The position numbers and the translations under genes are program-made. Positions 1 to 18,599 of a stretch of 64,000 bases of DNA are shown here, in pieces. The first letter of the stretch is position 1. Each line of letters opens with the position of its first letter. The DNA lies in contig NC_133622.1 of the NCBI RefSeq assembly GCF_048593235.1, forward strand, positions 250,112,055 to 250,176,054, given 5' to 3'. The notes under the pieces were generated by a model that ran no database searches, was not told where the DNA came from, and saw only the letters and a list, made by a program, of their open reading frames with translations. Origin of the DNA: Sminthopsis crassicaudata (taxonomy: Eukaryota).

Positions 1-494
1 TCAATGAGCAGGTGATGGTGGGGAAGGTAGAAGGATTAAGGGGGCGGTGGGAAGGGGAGTCTGCCCACACACACGGGCACTCCTCCCCAGGAGCAGCGTC
101 TGGCAGGTCTAGAGAGGCAAGGCACTGGAGGGAGGGGACGCCAAGGCCCAGGAGGAAGGCAAGCACAGGGACCTCCAAGTGACCCGAGGGTGCCTGGGCA
201 CAGGGACCGCCCGTGCCGGCTTAGGGGGGGCACGCCCTGGGGCTCTGTGAGGGGCTCACAGGAGTATGGAGAGAGGGAGACTGGAACTGGGGGGCTGCAG
301 GGGAAATGGGGGGCAATGTGACGGGAGTGGGGAGAGCGACCAGCAGCACCCTGGAGAAAGGTTCAAGAGTTACCCAAAGCCCTGACCTCTCTCTTGTAAA
401 GTTTTTGAGGCCTTTCACCTATATCACCTCACACAAGGTTCTTGTCAACTCTGTGAAGGAGGGGGTTAAGCCCTTTTACAAATAAGGAAACTAG

Positions 495-605
495 GGACAG
501 CTGGGCGGCACCCGGAAGTCAAGAGGACCCCAGACACTTAACACTTCCCAACTGTGTGACCCTGGGCCAGTCACTTAACCCCAACTGCCTCAGGGAAAAA
601 CAAAA
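495..605 (+). mobile_element. Marsupial WSINE1/MAR1-like SINE (internally deleted)
   Basis: GGGACAGCTGGGCGGC...CTGTGTGACCCTGGGCCAGTCACTTAACCCCAACTGCCTC followed by an A-rich tail. Confidence 0.7.
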
Positions 606-874
606 GTTCAGATAGGGAAACCAAGGCTCGGGAGACTTGCCCAGGACCACTCAGCTAATGAACGTCTGAGGCAAACCTTTGTCATTTCAAGGTCAGTGCT
701 CTGTCCACCATCCCACACTGCCAGCGTGGACCTAGCTTGAAAGGCCCTTGGGTCTATGGGCCTCAGTTTCCCCACTGGTGAAATGGAAGCGGGAAAGAGT
801 AGACCAGATTGTCTCCAAGGCCCCTTCCAATTGTAGGCCTGTGATCCTATGACTGGGCATGTATGGGTAGGGTG

Positions 875-1080
875 GAGGGAGGAGAGGGAGAGAGAGGGAG
901 AAAGAAGGGGAGGGAAAGAGACAGACAGAGATAGAGAGACAGAGAGACAGAGACAGAGAAATGGAGACAAAGAAACAGTGAAGACAGATAGAGAGACAGA
1001 GACAGAAAGAGACAGAGACAGAGACAGAGAAACAGTGAACAGAGACAGAGAGAGGGAGACAGAGACAGAGAGGGAGAGGA
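875..1080. repeat. (AGAGAC)n-type purine-rich simple repeat
   Basis: Visible degenerate hexamer array; similar tracts flank the 1514-2346 gap. Confidence 0.9.
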
Positions 1081-1513
1081 ATCAGCCTGGCCATGTTGGG
1101 GTGCGGTTCTCAGGAAAGCCGTGTTGGGAAACACAGGCTGCTTGTGAACGTGCCGTGGGGCTGCCTGCGACTGGAGTAAAGTGTTGCTGGCATGTGTGCA
1201 GCTGACTCAGGCTGTGAGCATGTGTGTGCGCCGAGGACGGGCGTCGGTGGGCTTGCGGGGGGCTTGTCCTGCACGAACCACGGGTGGGGGGGTCGGTGCT
1301 GAGGGGTCAAGCGTGACCCTGAGGAGGTCATTTGACCTCCCTGAGACTCAATTTCCCCATTTAATAAGAAAAGGAGAGCGGATTTGACAACCTCTGGGAT
1401 ATCTTCCAGCTCAAAAATCTATGATCTCATGACCTTGTTTTATAAAATGAGGAGACAGAGAGAAAAGAGAAAAAGAAGAGAAAGGAAGGGGAGGGGAAAA
1501 GAGAGAGAAAATG

Positions 1514-2346
1514 NNNNNNNNNNNNNNNNNNNNNNNNNNNNNNNNNNNNNNNNNNNNNNNNNNNNNNNNNNNNNNNNNNNNNNNNNNNNNNNNNNNNNNN
1601 NNNNNNNNNNNNNNNNNNNNNNNNNNNNNNNNNNNNNNNNNNNNNNNNNNNNNNNNNNNNNNNNNNNNNNNNNNNNNNNNNNNNNNNNNNNNNNNNNNNN
1701 NNNNNNNNNNNNNNNNNNNNNNNNNNNNNNNNNNNNNNNNNNNNNNNNNNNNNNNNNNNNNNNNNNNNNNNNNNNNNNNNNNNNNNNNNNNNNNNNNNNN
1801 NNNNNNNNNNNNNNNNNNNNNNNNNNNNNNNNNNNNNNNNNNNNNNNNNNNNNNNNNNNNNNNNNNNNNNNNNNNNNNNNNNNNNNNNNNNNNNNNNNNN
1901 NNNNNNNNNNNNNNNNNNNNNNNNNNNNNNNNNNNNNNNNNNNNNNNNNNNNNNNNNNNNNNNNNNNNNNNNNNNNNNNNNNNNNNNNNNNNNNNNNNNN
2001 NNNNNNNNNNNNNNNNNNNNNNNNNNNNNNNNNNNNNNNNNNNNNNNNNNNNNNNNNNNNNNNNNNNNNNNNNNNNNNNNNNNNNNNNNNNNNNNNNNNN
2101 NNNNNNNNNNNNNNNNNNNNNNNNNNNNNNNNNNNNNNNNNNNNNNNNNNNNNNNNNNNNNNNNNNNNNNNNNNNNNNNNNNNNNNNNNNNNNNNNNNNN
2201 NNNNNNNNNNNNNNNNNNNNNNNNNNNNNNNNNNNNNNNNNNNNNNNNNNNNNNNNNNNNNNNNNNNNNNNNNNNNNNNNNNNNNNNNNNNNNNNNNNNN
2301 NNNNNNNNNNNNNNNNNNNNNNNNNNNNNNNNNNNNNNNNNNNNNN
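1514..2346. other. Assembly gap (N run)
   Basis: 833 N. Confidence 1.
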
Positions 2347-3295
2347 ACAGACAAGAGAGGCAGAGAAAGAAAAAGGGACAGAGACAGAGACAGAGAGAGG
2401 AGAGGGCATGTTGTGCCCGGGGCAGCCTCTGCCAGAGGAGCCCTCGGTGTGGACACTGGCTTTTAGTTTTCTGTGGTCTGCGGAGATGTGTGGAGGGACG
2501 GGGTGGGGGGGAAGTAGAGAAAAAGGAACAAGCATGTATTAAGCACCTACTATGTGCCAGGAAGGCACTAAGCTGGGCACACATCTCATCTGATCCTTGC
2601 AACAACTTTGGGAAGTCCGGGCTATAATTACCACCATTTCATGGTTGTGGAAACTGAGGCAGGCACGTTAAGCACTCGCTGAGGCTCACCCAGCTGGCAA
2701 GAGTCCCGCTCCAGCTTCCCCTCCCCCAGCAGTGAGCGGGGTGGGAGAGGGCCAGGACCCCAAGGGCTGGGGGATGTCTGGGGGACACAGAGTCCAGCCC
2801 ACAGGTGTGCTCAACAAAACTGCAGCTCGTGGGGGGGGGCCGGGGACGGCCGGGTGCGTCTGAGCCCGGGGTCTGTGGGTGTGAGTGGGTGTGAGTGTGC
2901 CCGGGAGCCGGGCACCTGTGGGAGGCCGCCGTGTCTGGGCGAGTGTGGGCGGCGAGCAAGAGGAGGAGGATACACAGGTGTGTGCGGGAGCAAGGGAAGA
3001 AAGGGAGCGTGGAGGTGGGCGTCTGGGGGCGGGGCCGATCCGTGTCACTGGGTGGGGGGAGCTGCGGGGGAGGGGCTGCAGCCCCCCGAGATCCAGGAGC
3101 CAGCCCTCAGCCCGAGCCCCACCCCCTGGGAGCGCCCCCCTCTGCCCCGGTTTTTTTCGGGGATACCTCAGCCGGCAGCCAGCGGCCTTCGCTCCCCTTG
3201 TCCACAGCGAGAAGCTGATTCTCCCGCCCTCCCTCCCCCAGGTTCCACGGCCCCTCCAGCTCGGACCTGAAAGCAACCCTGCCCAGCAAGAGCCG

Positions 3296-3570
3296 GGGGA
3301 GGGGGCTGGGCACGCCACCGACCCCCCCCCCTTCCCTCCGTGTCTGTGTCTCTCTCACACACAGAAATACAGAGACAGAGAGGGAGACAGGGACAGAGAC
3401 AGAGACAGAGACAGACAGAGACAGAGACAGGGGGGGAGGGGGCTGGGCACGCCACCGACCCCCCCCTTCTCTCCGTGTCTGTGTCTCTCTGACACACAGA
3501 AATACAGAGACAGAGAGAGACAGAGACAGAGAGACAGGGACAGACAGAGACAGAGGGGGGGAGAGGGCGG
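3296..3570. repeat. Direct tandem duplication, period about 137 bp
   Basis: GGCTGGGCACGCCACCGACC...GTGTCTGTGTCTCTCT...CACACAGAAATACAGAGAC occurs at 3304 and 3441. Confidence 0.9.
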
Positions 3571-3699
3571 ACAGAGAGGAAGAGATGGAGGGAGATGGAA
3601 GGAGGGAGAAGAGAAGTCCTGAGCCGTAGAAGATGGGAGTCAATGAAACAGGGGCCAGCCCCCTCCCGACAAAAAATAAACCAATATCTCCAGGCCCTA

Positions 3700-5450
3700 A
3701 TGTGGGAAAGCTAGGGGGAGGGGCGCGCGGAGGGGGAGGGGCGCGCGGAGGGGGAGGGGCGGGGCCGCAGAAAAGCCGAGCTCTCTGAGGCAGCAGGCCT
3801 GAGTTCCCCCTTCCCGAGGCCGTGACGGCCGTGGCAGCCCGGGGAAGAGTGGGAGGTAGACCCGGCCCTCAGAACTGTGGACCGTGGGAACTCTGAGGCT
3901 GGGGGCCCCCGGCGCTCCCCGATGAGGACCCGGGCACCCCCGCCCCCTCCCTGCGCCTCGGCCGCTGCGGGCGCCCACCCTCGGAAGAGGCCCCTTCCAG
4001 CCCTTCTTAACTCCCCCCTCCCGGAGGCAGAGCGGGGCCGCCCCCCGAAAAGCCAGATCTGCCCCCACGGCTCCCCGGGACCCTCCTCGGAAGGCGGGAG
4101 CGCGGCGCGGGCGCTGCCTCCTCCTCTCCTTCCTGTGGCCAGAGCCTCCGCCGCCGCCGCCCCCAGGCCCCCCCTCCCCGGCCCCCAGCGCTCCCTCTCC
4201 GGCCAGCCCGACCCCGGGCCCCGTCCCCCCTCGTCGCCCCGCTCCAGCCCTCCTCCCCCCCGGCCACGAGCTCCCTTCCCTTCTCCCCGTCTTGCCCGGT
4301 CTCAGCCTCAGTCCTTCCCCGCTCCCCGCCCGGGAGACACCCCAACTCCTGGCGGTAACCTCCCCTTCTCCTCCCCGCCCCCCAGCTCTCCTCCACTTAC
4401 TCCCAGGCCACCCCGGGCTGGAGGCAGCGATTTCCCCTTCTCCTTCTCCCCTCCCCTCCATGACAGTCTCTCCTCCCTTCCCACTAATCCCGCTCCTCTC
4501 CGGCTTCTCCTCTGCAGACCCTTCAGAAGACAACGGCCCCTGCTCCCCTCCCCCTCCGGGCACTGCCACAAGCGGGGAGGGGGCGAAGATTGGGGGGGGG
4601 TCCTCTACGGCTCCAACATCCGGCACCCCAACCAGCTCCAGGGAGAATCCTCCAAACCAGCCCCCCATCCATGGCCTCTCAATAAAGCATCCGCTCCACA
4701 GACCCCCCCCCATCACCTCAAGCCCAGCCCCTCCCATTCAGGCGCTCCCCCCTCCCAGTCTTCTTCCAAATCGCCAACCTTCCTGACCCCCTCAGCCCCA
4801 CCCCCTCTCACAAACGCGCCCCCCCCCGCGCTGCTCCCCCGCCCCCGCAGTCGAGACCCCGGCCTCTCCCACCACCACCATTCCCCCCCCCCCCGCCGCC
4901 CTCCGTGCTCTCGCGCCTCCCCCTCCCCTCCCCCTCTCGGGCCCCCGCCCCTCTCCGCCGCAGCCCCCCCCATACCTGGCTCTGGGGGTGCCGGAGGCCC
5001 TGAGGCCACCCCGTCCCGGGCGGACTGGCTGGCTGGCGGGGGGTGGGGATGGGGGGGCAGGGAGAGCCTGGAGCCGGGAGCTGGCGCGTGCTTCCCCTCT
5101 CCTTCCCTCTCCAGCCCCGCCGCGGCGCTCGGAGGATGCTCCGTCAGGGAGGGAGTCAGGGCGGCTGCTCCCGCCGCCGCATCCCTGCAACAGCGACTGA
5201 CGGCAGCATCAGTACCAGCGCCCGCGCCCCCGCCCCCCGCGCCGGCTCATTGGGCCACGCGGCCTGGACGGACGCGGCGAGCGGCCAATGGGCGGCTGCG
5301 AGCGGAGACGTTCTCTCCCCATCCCCTGATCCGCTCCTCGAACCCCCCATCGGCTGCCTGCTCCCCGAAGCCAGGCGTCCGGGCTCCCAGCTCCCCGGGC
5401 TCCCGGGTCGGGCGTCCGGCGCCCGGAAGGGGCGTAAGCGGGGGGATGGG
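3700..5450. promoter_or_regulatory. CpG island / promoter of probable NRXN2 alpha, with CCAAT boxes near 5248-5290
   Basis: Very high GC and CpG density; CATTGG near 5248 and GGCCAATG near 5283; strong C-skew on the plus strand. Confidence 0.7.
4976..5240 (-). other. NRXN2: Probable non-coding first exon (5' UTR) of neurexin-2 alpha; 5' boundary approximate
   Basis: Donor CCAG|GTATGG with intron starting at 4975, inside a CpG island with CCAAT boxes just upstream. Gene identity is inferred only from conserved synteny (NRXN2 alpha starts just downstream of RASGRP2 on the same strand in mammals). No NRXN2 coding sequence is in the window. Confidence 0.55.
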
Positions 5451-6104
5451 AGGCTTTTGGTCCCAGGCCCCGTGCTGCAAGCGAGATGTGCTGACCCCCA
5501 GCCCCCATCTCCTCGCCCCGGCTCCCGGGACCCTCCAAGGATCCCCAGCCAGAAAAGTGGCGCAGCTGGAGGGGTCGCAGACCCCCCCCACCACACCCCC
5601 CCACTGTTCTGGGGGAAGTCCTGGAGCTAGGTTTGGAGGAGGGGGGCCAGGCAGGGAGCACCCGGACTTTGGCAGACCCCCACATTTCAGCCTCCCGGCT
5701 GCGGAGCCAAACAGGAACCCCAAGTCTGGCTGCAGGGAGTGGATGCCCACCATGGCAGCCCCCCTAAGAGGGCTACACCGTTCCCTGGCCCTGAGCCTCC
5801 TGCTCACACCCAGGAAGGCCTTCCTGGCTAGGACTGAGGCAGAGGGAAAAGGGGGTGCTGTGGGGCAGCCTCTGGGTCGGGCCCCCCAGAATCTGAGTAG
5901 GGGGGATAGGGGAAGAGCACGTGTATCTGGGGTTCCCCTCCCCGCCTCTGGCTGGGAAGTCCTCTCTGGTCAGGAGCTAGGATGCCCCAAACAGAGCCAG
6001 GAGGGGAAAGGAGGGGGGGGTCCAGGAAGAATGGGAGGGAGCTGTCTCCCTTCTGCCTCCTCTCCCCCAGGGCCTGTAGTGAGGGGCCAGGATGGGCAGC
6101 TGCG

Positions 6105-6107
<3 letters not shown>

Positions 6108-6168
<61 letters not shown>

Positions 6169-6255
6169 CTATCTCTGTGTGTCTCTGTGTGTGACTTGTG
6201 TGACTGTGTCTCTGTGTGTGACTGTGTGGTTGTGATTGTGTCTGTGTGTGATTGT
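6108..6255. repeat. (GT)n microsatellite (pure to 6167) with degenerate tail
   Basis: About 30 perfect GT units. Confidence 0.95.
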
Positions 6256-7414
6256 GCGAGTGTAGCTGCGGTGATGTTCCACACTTTCAGTCACTCCACA
6301 CCCCACGGGGGCGGCGGTGGGTGGGCCAGGCCCAGTACATGGGCAGGGGATCGGGCCCTGACCCCGGCTGGGGGCAGAGGTTTGCTCTCACTTCCCTCAG
6401 GATCCGGGGCCTCCCTTCACCTCGGCCACTTGGGCCTTCCTTCTCTGGGGGGGGGGGAAGGGGGAAGGTCAGGCCAGAGCCCTGCTCCCAACACAGACCC
6501 AGCGCCCAGCGCGCGCCTTGCCTGGCACTTAGTGCCACTTATGCACAAGACCCCAGCCCCATTTCCAGCCCCATTCCCCGTGGGCTCAGGAGTAACAGGT
6601 TAAGGAGCATTTGTCTAGGCCCGTCCCCGGGTGACCTTGGGGAGAGCCGCCCCTGCCCACGGCCGCCGAGGGGAGCGCAACAGTAAGTGCTGAGTGCAAG
6701 GGGGGGGGAACTGAGTCTTTGTGAAAGGCCCCCCCTTTCACCGGCCACCTGTCCTGCCCCGCACCCCACGCTTCCACAGGCCCCTAGTACCACCCTTCTG
6801 GGGTGCTGAAGACCCCTCAGTCTCCCTCAGTCTCCTAACATTCTCACACTCGCACACACAGGCAGGCCCCCCAGCCCTGGGCGCCCATCAGCTGGCTGGC
6901 TAGGTCAGGGCTGAGCCCTGAGAATGTGGGCAGAGGGTGAGCCCCTCTCCGGGCCCCCTCCCGCCCCCTGCTCCCCGCCCCCTCTCATTTGTCTCTCCTG
7001 GCTGTGGCCATTCTCGCTCCCTCCACTGTCCTCCCCCAGCCCCCCCATCTCCAGGAACCGAGCTTAACCCTCAAGGGCAGGAAAGGTCGGGGCTGCAGCC
7101 CCTCCCTCATCTCTTCCGCCCAGAAGCAGCCTGCCCCTGCCCCCGGGCCCCCAGGCCAGCCCCACCCACAGCCTGGGAGGGGGCCCACCCGGCCCCCCCC
7201 TTAAAATGCCCCAGCCCGGGCGCCAAAGGGGCCTCTGGGCCGCGGGGCAGGGCGCAGAGCCCGGGGAGGAGCGCTGAGGGCCGCCGCAAGGGGCGCTGGG
7301 GGTCCCGGCGGGAAGGCGGCAGCTAGCTGGGGCTGGGGAAGGCAGGCAGAGAGGGAGAGCTGCCAGGCGAGGGGGAGCAGGAGCGGGAACGGCTTCACAA
7401 CACAATCACCGTCT

Positions 7415-7428
7415 GTTGTTATAGCAAC
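7415..7428. promoter_or_regulatory. RFX X-box-like motif GTTGTTATAGCAAC
   Basis: 13/14 match to GTTGCYATRGCAAC in a short AT-richer island within GC-rich DNA. Confidence 0.5.
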
Positions 7429-7864
7429 TCGGCCCCCAAATCGTGAAACGGATATTACAGCCTGGAGAGGGGGAGGGGAGAGCTGGGGGGGAGCCAATGC
7501 AGAGGAGGCGGCCCGGGGTGGGGGCCGAGCAAGGCCAGGGCCCATTCACGATGAACTTCCTCCTCCCCCACCTTGGAGAGTGGGAGGGGGGGCTGTCGCG
7601 TGTTATTTGGGGTCGTTCCCATCATCCTCTACTCGTCACCCCCCCAATCTGCGGAGTCTGCAGGTGCAGCCCTGGGGAGGAGTCCTGCCTCAGCCTCCCG
7701 GGGAGGGGCCGCTCTCCCCCAGTTCTAGAGCACCCTCCGAGTCCCGAGCGCCAAGGTCTCCATCCCGAGGCTCCAGCAGGCGGCTCCCGAACCTCCGGGA
7801 TCTTTGCCCAGGGCAGCGGGTGAGACAGGGGCCCGCCGGAGGCTCGGAGCCTCAAATCGATACC

Positions 7865-8023
7865 NNNNNNNNNNNNNNNNNNNNNNNNNNNNNNNNNNNN
7901 NNNNNNNNNNNNNNNNNNNNNNNNNNNNNNNNNNNNNNNNNNNNNNNNNNNNNNNNNNNNNNNNNNNNNNNNNNNNNNNNNNNNNNNNNNNNNNNNNNNN
8001 NNNNNNNNNNNNNNNNNNNNNNN
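7865..8023. other. Assembly gap (N run)
   Basis: 159 N. Confidence 1.
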
Positions 8024-8419
8024 GGACAGGACACTTGGGTCCCAGAGGGAGACCAGGCAGGCCGGGGAGAAGCCGAGGCTGGCCCCCGGGAATCCGCGCC
8101 GCTCCTCCAGGCCCAGGCCCGGCACCAGGCCTCCCTCCCCCCCCTTCCTCCGGCAGCTCCTTCCCCCTGGATGTGGCTGGTGGCCCCTGTCTGGGACACG
8201 GAGGGAATTCCGGCAGTGAGTGGGAGGCCGGTCTGGAGCTCCTGAGCCTTCCTGCTGCTGGGAGGCTGCGAGGCTTCCCTGCTGGGGAGGTTCCGAGATG
8301 CTGTGGGTCCAGATGGTGCGGCTCCCAAGAGCCTGGGACCCACAGACCAAAGCTCCAAGATGCTCCAGGTTCCGAGCTTTCAGAGCCCGAGACCTGGGGC
8401 TGGAAAACACCCGAACCCA

Positions 8420-8619
8420 TCAGCCTTTGGGGTTTTGTTTTATTATTCCATCTGGAAAATACAAATATTCACAAGAATTTGTACAACCTGGGAGAACCCG
8501 AGCCCCCCTTCTCCCGCCCCCCCCTTAGCCCCCCCAGCAGCCCCCGCTCTCCCAGGTCCACATCTCTGGTCCGGTAGGCGTCCCTCTTGTAGCAGGGCTG
8601 GGTCCGCGCCAGGGGAGAC
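8420..8619 (-). other. RASGRP2: RASGRP2 terminal non-coding exon (3' UTR); 3' end approximate
   Basis: Pyrimidine-rich acceptor CCTCTCTGCAG| at 8620; AATAAA at 8444-8439, preceded by TTGTGAATATTTGTATTTTCCAGATGG, which I recall from the human 3' UTR. Confidence 0.75.
8439..8444 (-). terminator. RASGRP2 polyadenylation signal AATAAA
   Basis: TTTATT on the plus strand at the end of the terminal exon. Confidence 0.8.
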
Positions 8620-8832
8620 CTGCAGAGAGGCGAGGAGACAATGCCAACAGCGAGAGGGGTTGCCTGGGAAGGGGAGGGGGCGCCCCCTGTCCTCCGAGGA
8701 TCCCAACGTTCCTTCTGGGGGGGGGAGGCTTGTGGCTGAACCTTCCCCCACTGCCCCCCTATGCCACCTGATATCTTCTCCCTGCCCCCAAAGGCTGTTT
8801 TTTGTTTTTGTTTTTTTTTAACTCCACCAAGG

Positions 8833-8973
8833 TTTATTTATTTGTTTGTTTTCCTGAGGCAATTGGGGTTAAGTGACTTGCCCAGGATCCCACAGCTGGG
8901 AAGTGTCTGAGGCCGGATTTGAACTCCTGACTTCAGGGCTGATGCTCTAACCACTGCGCCCCCTAGCCGCCCC
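8833..8973 (-). mobile_element. Marsupial WSINE1-like SINE
   Basis: T-rich tail then GAGGCAATTGGGGTTAAGTGACTTGCCCAGG...GGATTTGAACTC...CCCCTAGCCGCCCC. Confidence 0.8.
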
Positions 8974-9192
8974 AGGGCCTTCTTTTTCTTCACCATTGAT
9001 TTTATTGGGAAAATCCCTGTCCATGGTACATATAAAGCCGGTTCTTAGTTCTCAATACGTGACGTTGGCAATGTCAGGAAATACTCATTTGTTCCCGGTT
9101 TCTTTGTTGTTTGTATATTTCATAGTATTTGATTTTCCCAACCTCACGTTACCACGCTGTCTCAGATTTGGGGCTCCCCAAGGACTCACCTG

Positions 9193-16358
<7,166 letters not shown>

Positions 16359-17889
16359 GGCGACTCCCGGGGCTGTGTCCCCGGGACACTGGAACCCCTG
16401 GCTCAGAGCCCTGCACCCCCAGAAGAGAGAAGAGCACTGAGGGGCCGCTACGTCCCGCCTGCAGACAGGAATGGGGTGGGGAGACAGGGCCCGCCCCCTC
16501 CTCGCTCCCCCCAGCCGGGGGGGCCCAGGATCCCCCCTCCCTGGCCAGTTCTGCTGAACGGTCCGTGACCCAGGGATTGTGTAACTCTCTGCTGGAGAAA
16601 TGTTCCCTCCGGAGGCTTCCGGGCCAGGAGCAGGGGGATGGGGGCCACGGCCCGTGGGGCTGGGCCAGGAACGGGGATGGAGGAGCCGTGGGAGGACCAG
16701 GCAGCCGCCCCGCCGCCCATCCTGGGCCCAGGCACAGCGGTGGGCAGGGGGGGGAGGCTCGGGCCTCCTCCGAGCCCCAGGAGGCACCTGCAGCCTCCCC
16801 CAGCCCTAGCACAGCCCCTCCTCCCCACCCCAGGCTTCCAAAGCTCCTCAGCTTCCCTGCCCCCGCAGGGTTATTTTGGGAACTGGGAGCCTGAAGGAGC
16901 CTTAGAGGAATTTCTCCCCCAGTGGGTGGGAGGACAGAGCCAGAGGTTGGGGGGGGAGAGGGAGAAAGAGAGCTCAGGCCTCCCCAACCGGAGGCCTGCA
17001 GACATCGGGCTGAGGGAGCCCCCCGGGGCCTGCCCCGCTCGGGGAGTGGAGACACATTCCTGCGCCTGGGACAGATGAGTCAGTGGGAGGGAGGCCCAGG
17101 GCCTGGGAAGGCCGAGGGGGGGCTTGATCCTGAACCCACGGGGCCCTCCCCAGGCGCTGGCGGGAGCCCCCTCCCCTCCCCAAGCAGGGCTCCTTCCCAG
17201 AGCCCCCCACTGGTGCCCCAGCCCCAGATCTCCCAGCATCCCCGCTCCCCTGGCCCAGCACCCAAGCAGAGGGAAAATGAGAGGGAGCGACTCCTGAGAA
17301 CCTTAGCCAGCGGGGCTCCCCGGGACAGGAATCGGGCATCCCCCCAAGGTGGACATCTAGGCCTAGGTGCCAGGGGCTTGAGACCACCCAACTCCCCCAT
17401 CGGAGGTGGAAACTGAGGCCTGAGAGAGCCCAGATCCAAACCTGGGGGGGGGTTCTAGAGTGGGAGACCAGAGGCTCAGGCTGACCCACCCATCTCTTCT
17501 CCCACTGAGTGTGGGGGACAGGAAAGTCCCAGGAGCTTGGAGACAGTCTGGATTCCAATCTCCTCTCTGCCTTTTACTTTGGGGGTGACCTTGGGCCAGA
17601 CTCTGCCCAAAATTAGGGGTGTGGACCTGACTGGCCTCCTAGGCCCCCCCAGATCTCCAGCTGTGATCTGATGAGCTACCCCTTTCTCTGGGCCACGGGA
17701 GGTGATCTGGAGCCTCAAAGGCCCGGTGACTGCCGTCCCCCACCCCCACCCCAGCAGGTGCCACAGTGGCGTGTTCCAGGACACCTGAGCATGTGGGCAG
17801 CTCCAGGCTTGGGCACAGAGGCCAGGCCCTGGCACTGTCAGCACCGGGCACCTCACCCTCCCGCAGCTCACGGATGCATGGCTGGCCCC

Positions 17890-18420
17890 CACACACACTC
17901 ACACTCACACTTTCACACAACACACCCTGACACACTTTCACACAACACACCCACTGACACACTCACTCACTCACACTTTCACACAACACACCCACTGACA
18001 ATCACACGCACACACACACTCACACACACTTTCACACACACACTCACACACACTTTCACACAACACACCACTGACAATCACACGCACACACCCTGACACA
18101 CACTCACACAACACACCACTGACACAATCACACGCACACACACACTCACACACACTTTCACACAACACACCACTGACAATCACACGCACACACCCTGACA
18201 CACACTCACACAACACACCACTGACAATCACACGCACACACCCTGACACACACTCACACAACACACCACTGACACAATCACACGCACACACACACTCACA
18301 CACACTTTCACACAACACACCACTGACAATCACACGCACACACCCTGACACACACTCACACAACACACCACTGACACAATCACACGCACACACCCTGACA
18401 CACATATCGCACACTCACAC
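17890..18420. repeat. CA-rich higher-order minisatellite (UG-rich on the RASGRP2 sense strand)
   Basis: Recurrent CACACAACACACCACTGACAATCACACGCACACAC blocks. Confidence 0.92.
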
Positions 18421-18599
18421 CTAGAGAGCACAGGGCAGGAGCTGCAGCCCACCGGCTCCTCCGTGTGAAAGCGCCCTCCCCTCCCCATCCCGGCCCTCCT
18501 GTTCTGCTCTGCCCCCCCCCCCCACATTGAGGACCAGCCCCTCCCCCCCTCCCTTCCCCTCCAAGGATCAGTCTGCTCTCCGCGCTCCGCGGTTTGACC

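Noticed and set aside
1384-2605. Long ORFs spanning N runs (also at 7.6-8.6, 38.2-39.5 and 47.1-47.5 kb)
   Set aside because: Artefacts of translating N as X.
4713-5009. Minus-strand ORF starting MASGPP..., superficially like the NRXN2 N-terminus MASG
   Set aside because: It crosses the donor at 4975 and lacks the signal peptide and LNS sequence; the true coding exon should lie left of the window.
3877-6168. 763-aa plus-strand ORF and overlapping ORFs across the NRXN2 CpG island
   Set aside because: Low-complexity Pro/Gly/Arg/Ala translation running into a GT microsatellite; stops are scarce in very GC-rich DNA; no recognisable domain.
6795-6810. REST/NRSE-like GGTGCTGAA (also TTCAGCACC near 27826)
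   Set aside because: Only a half site; the GGACAG half is absent.
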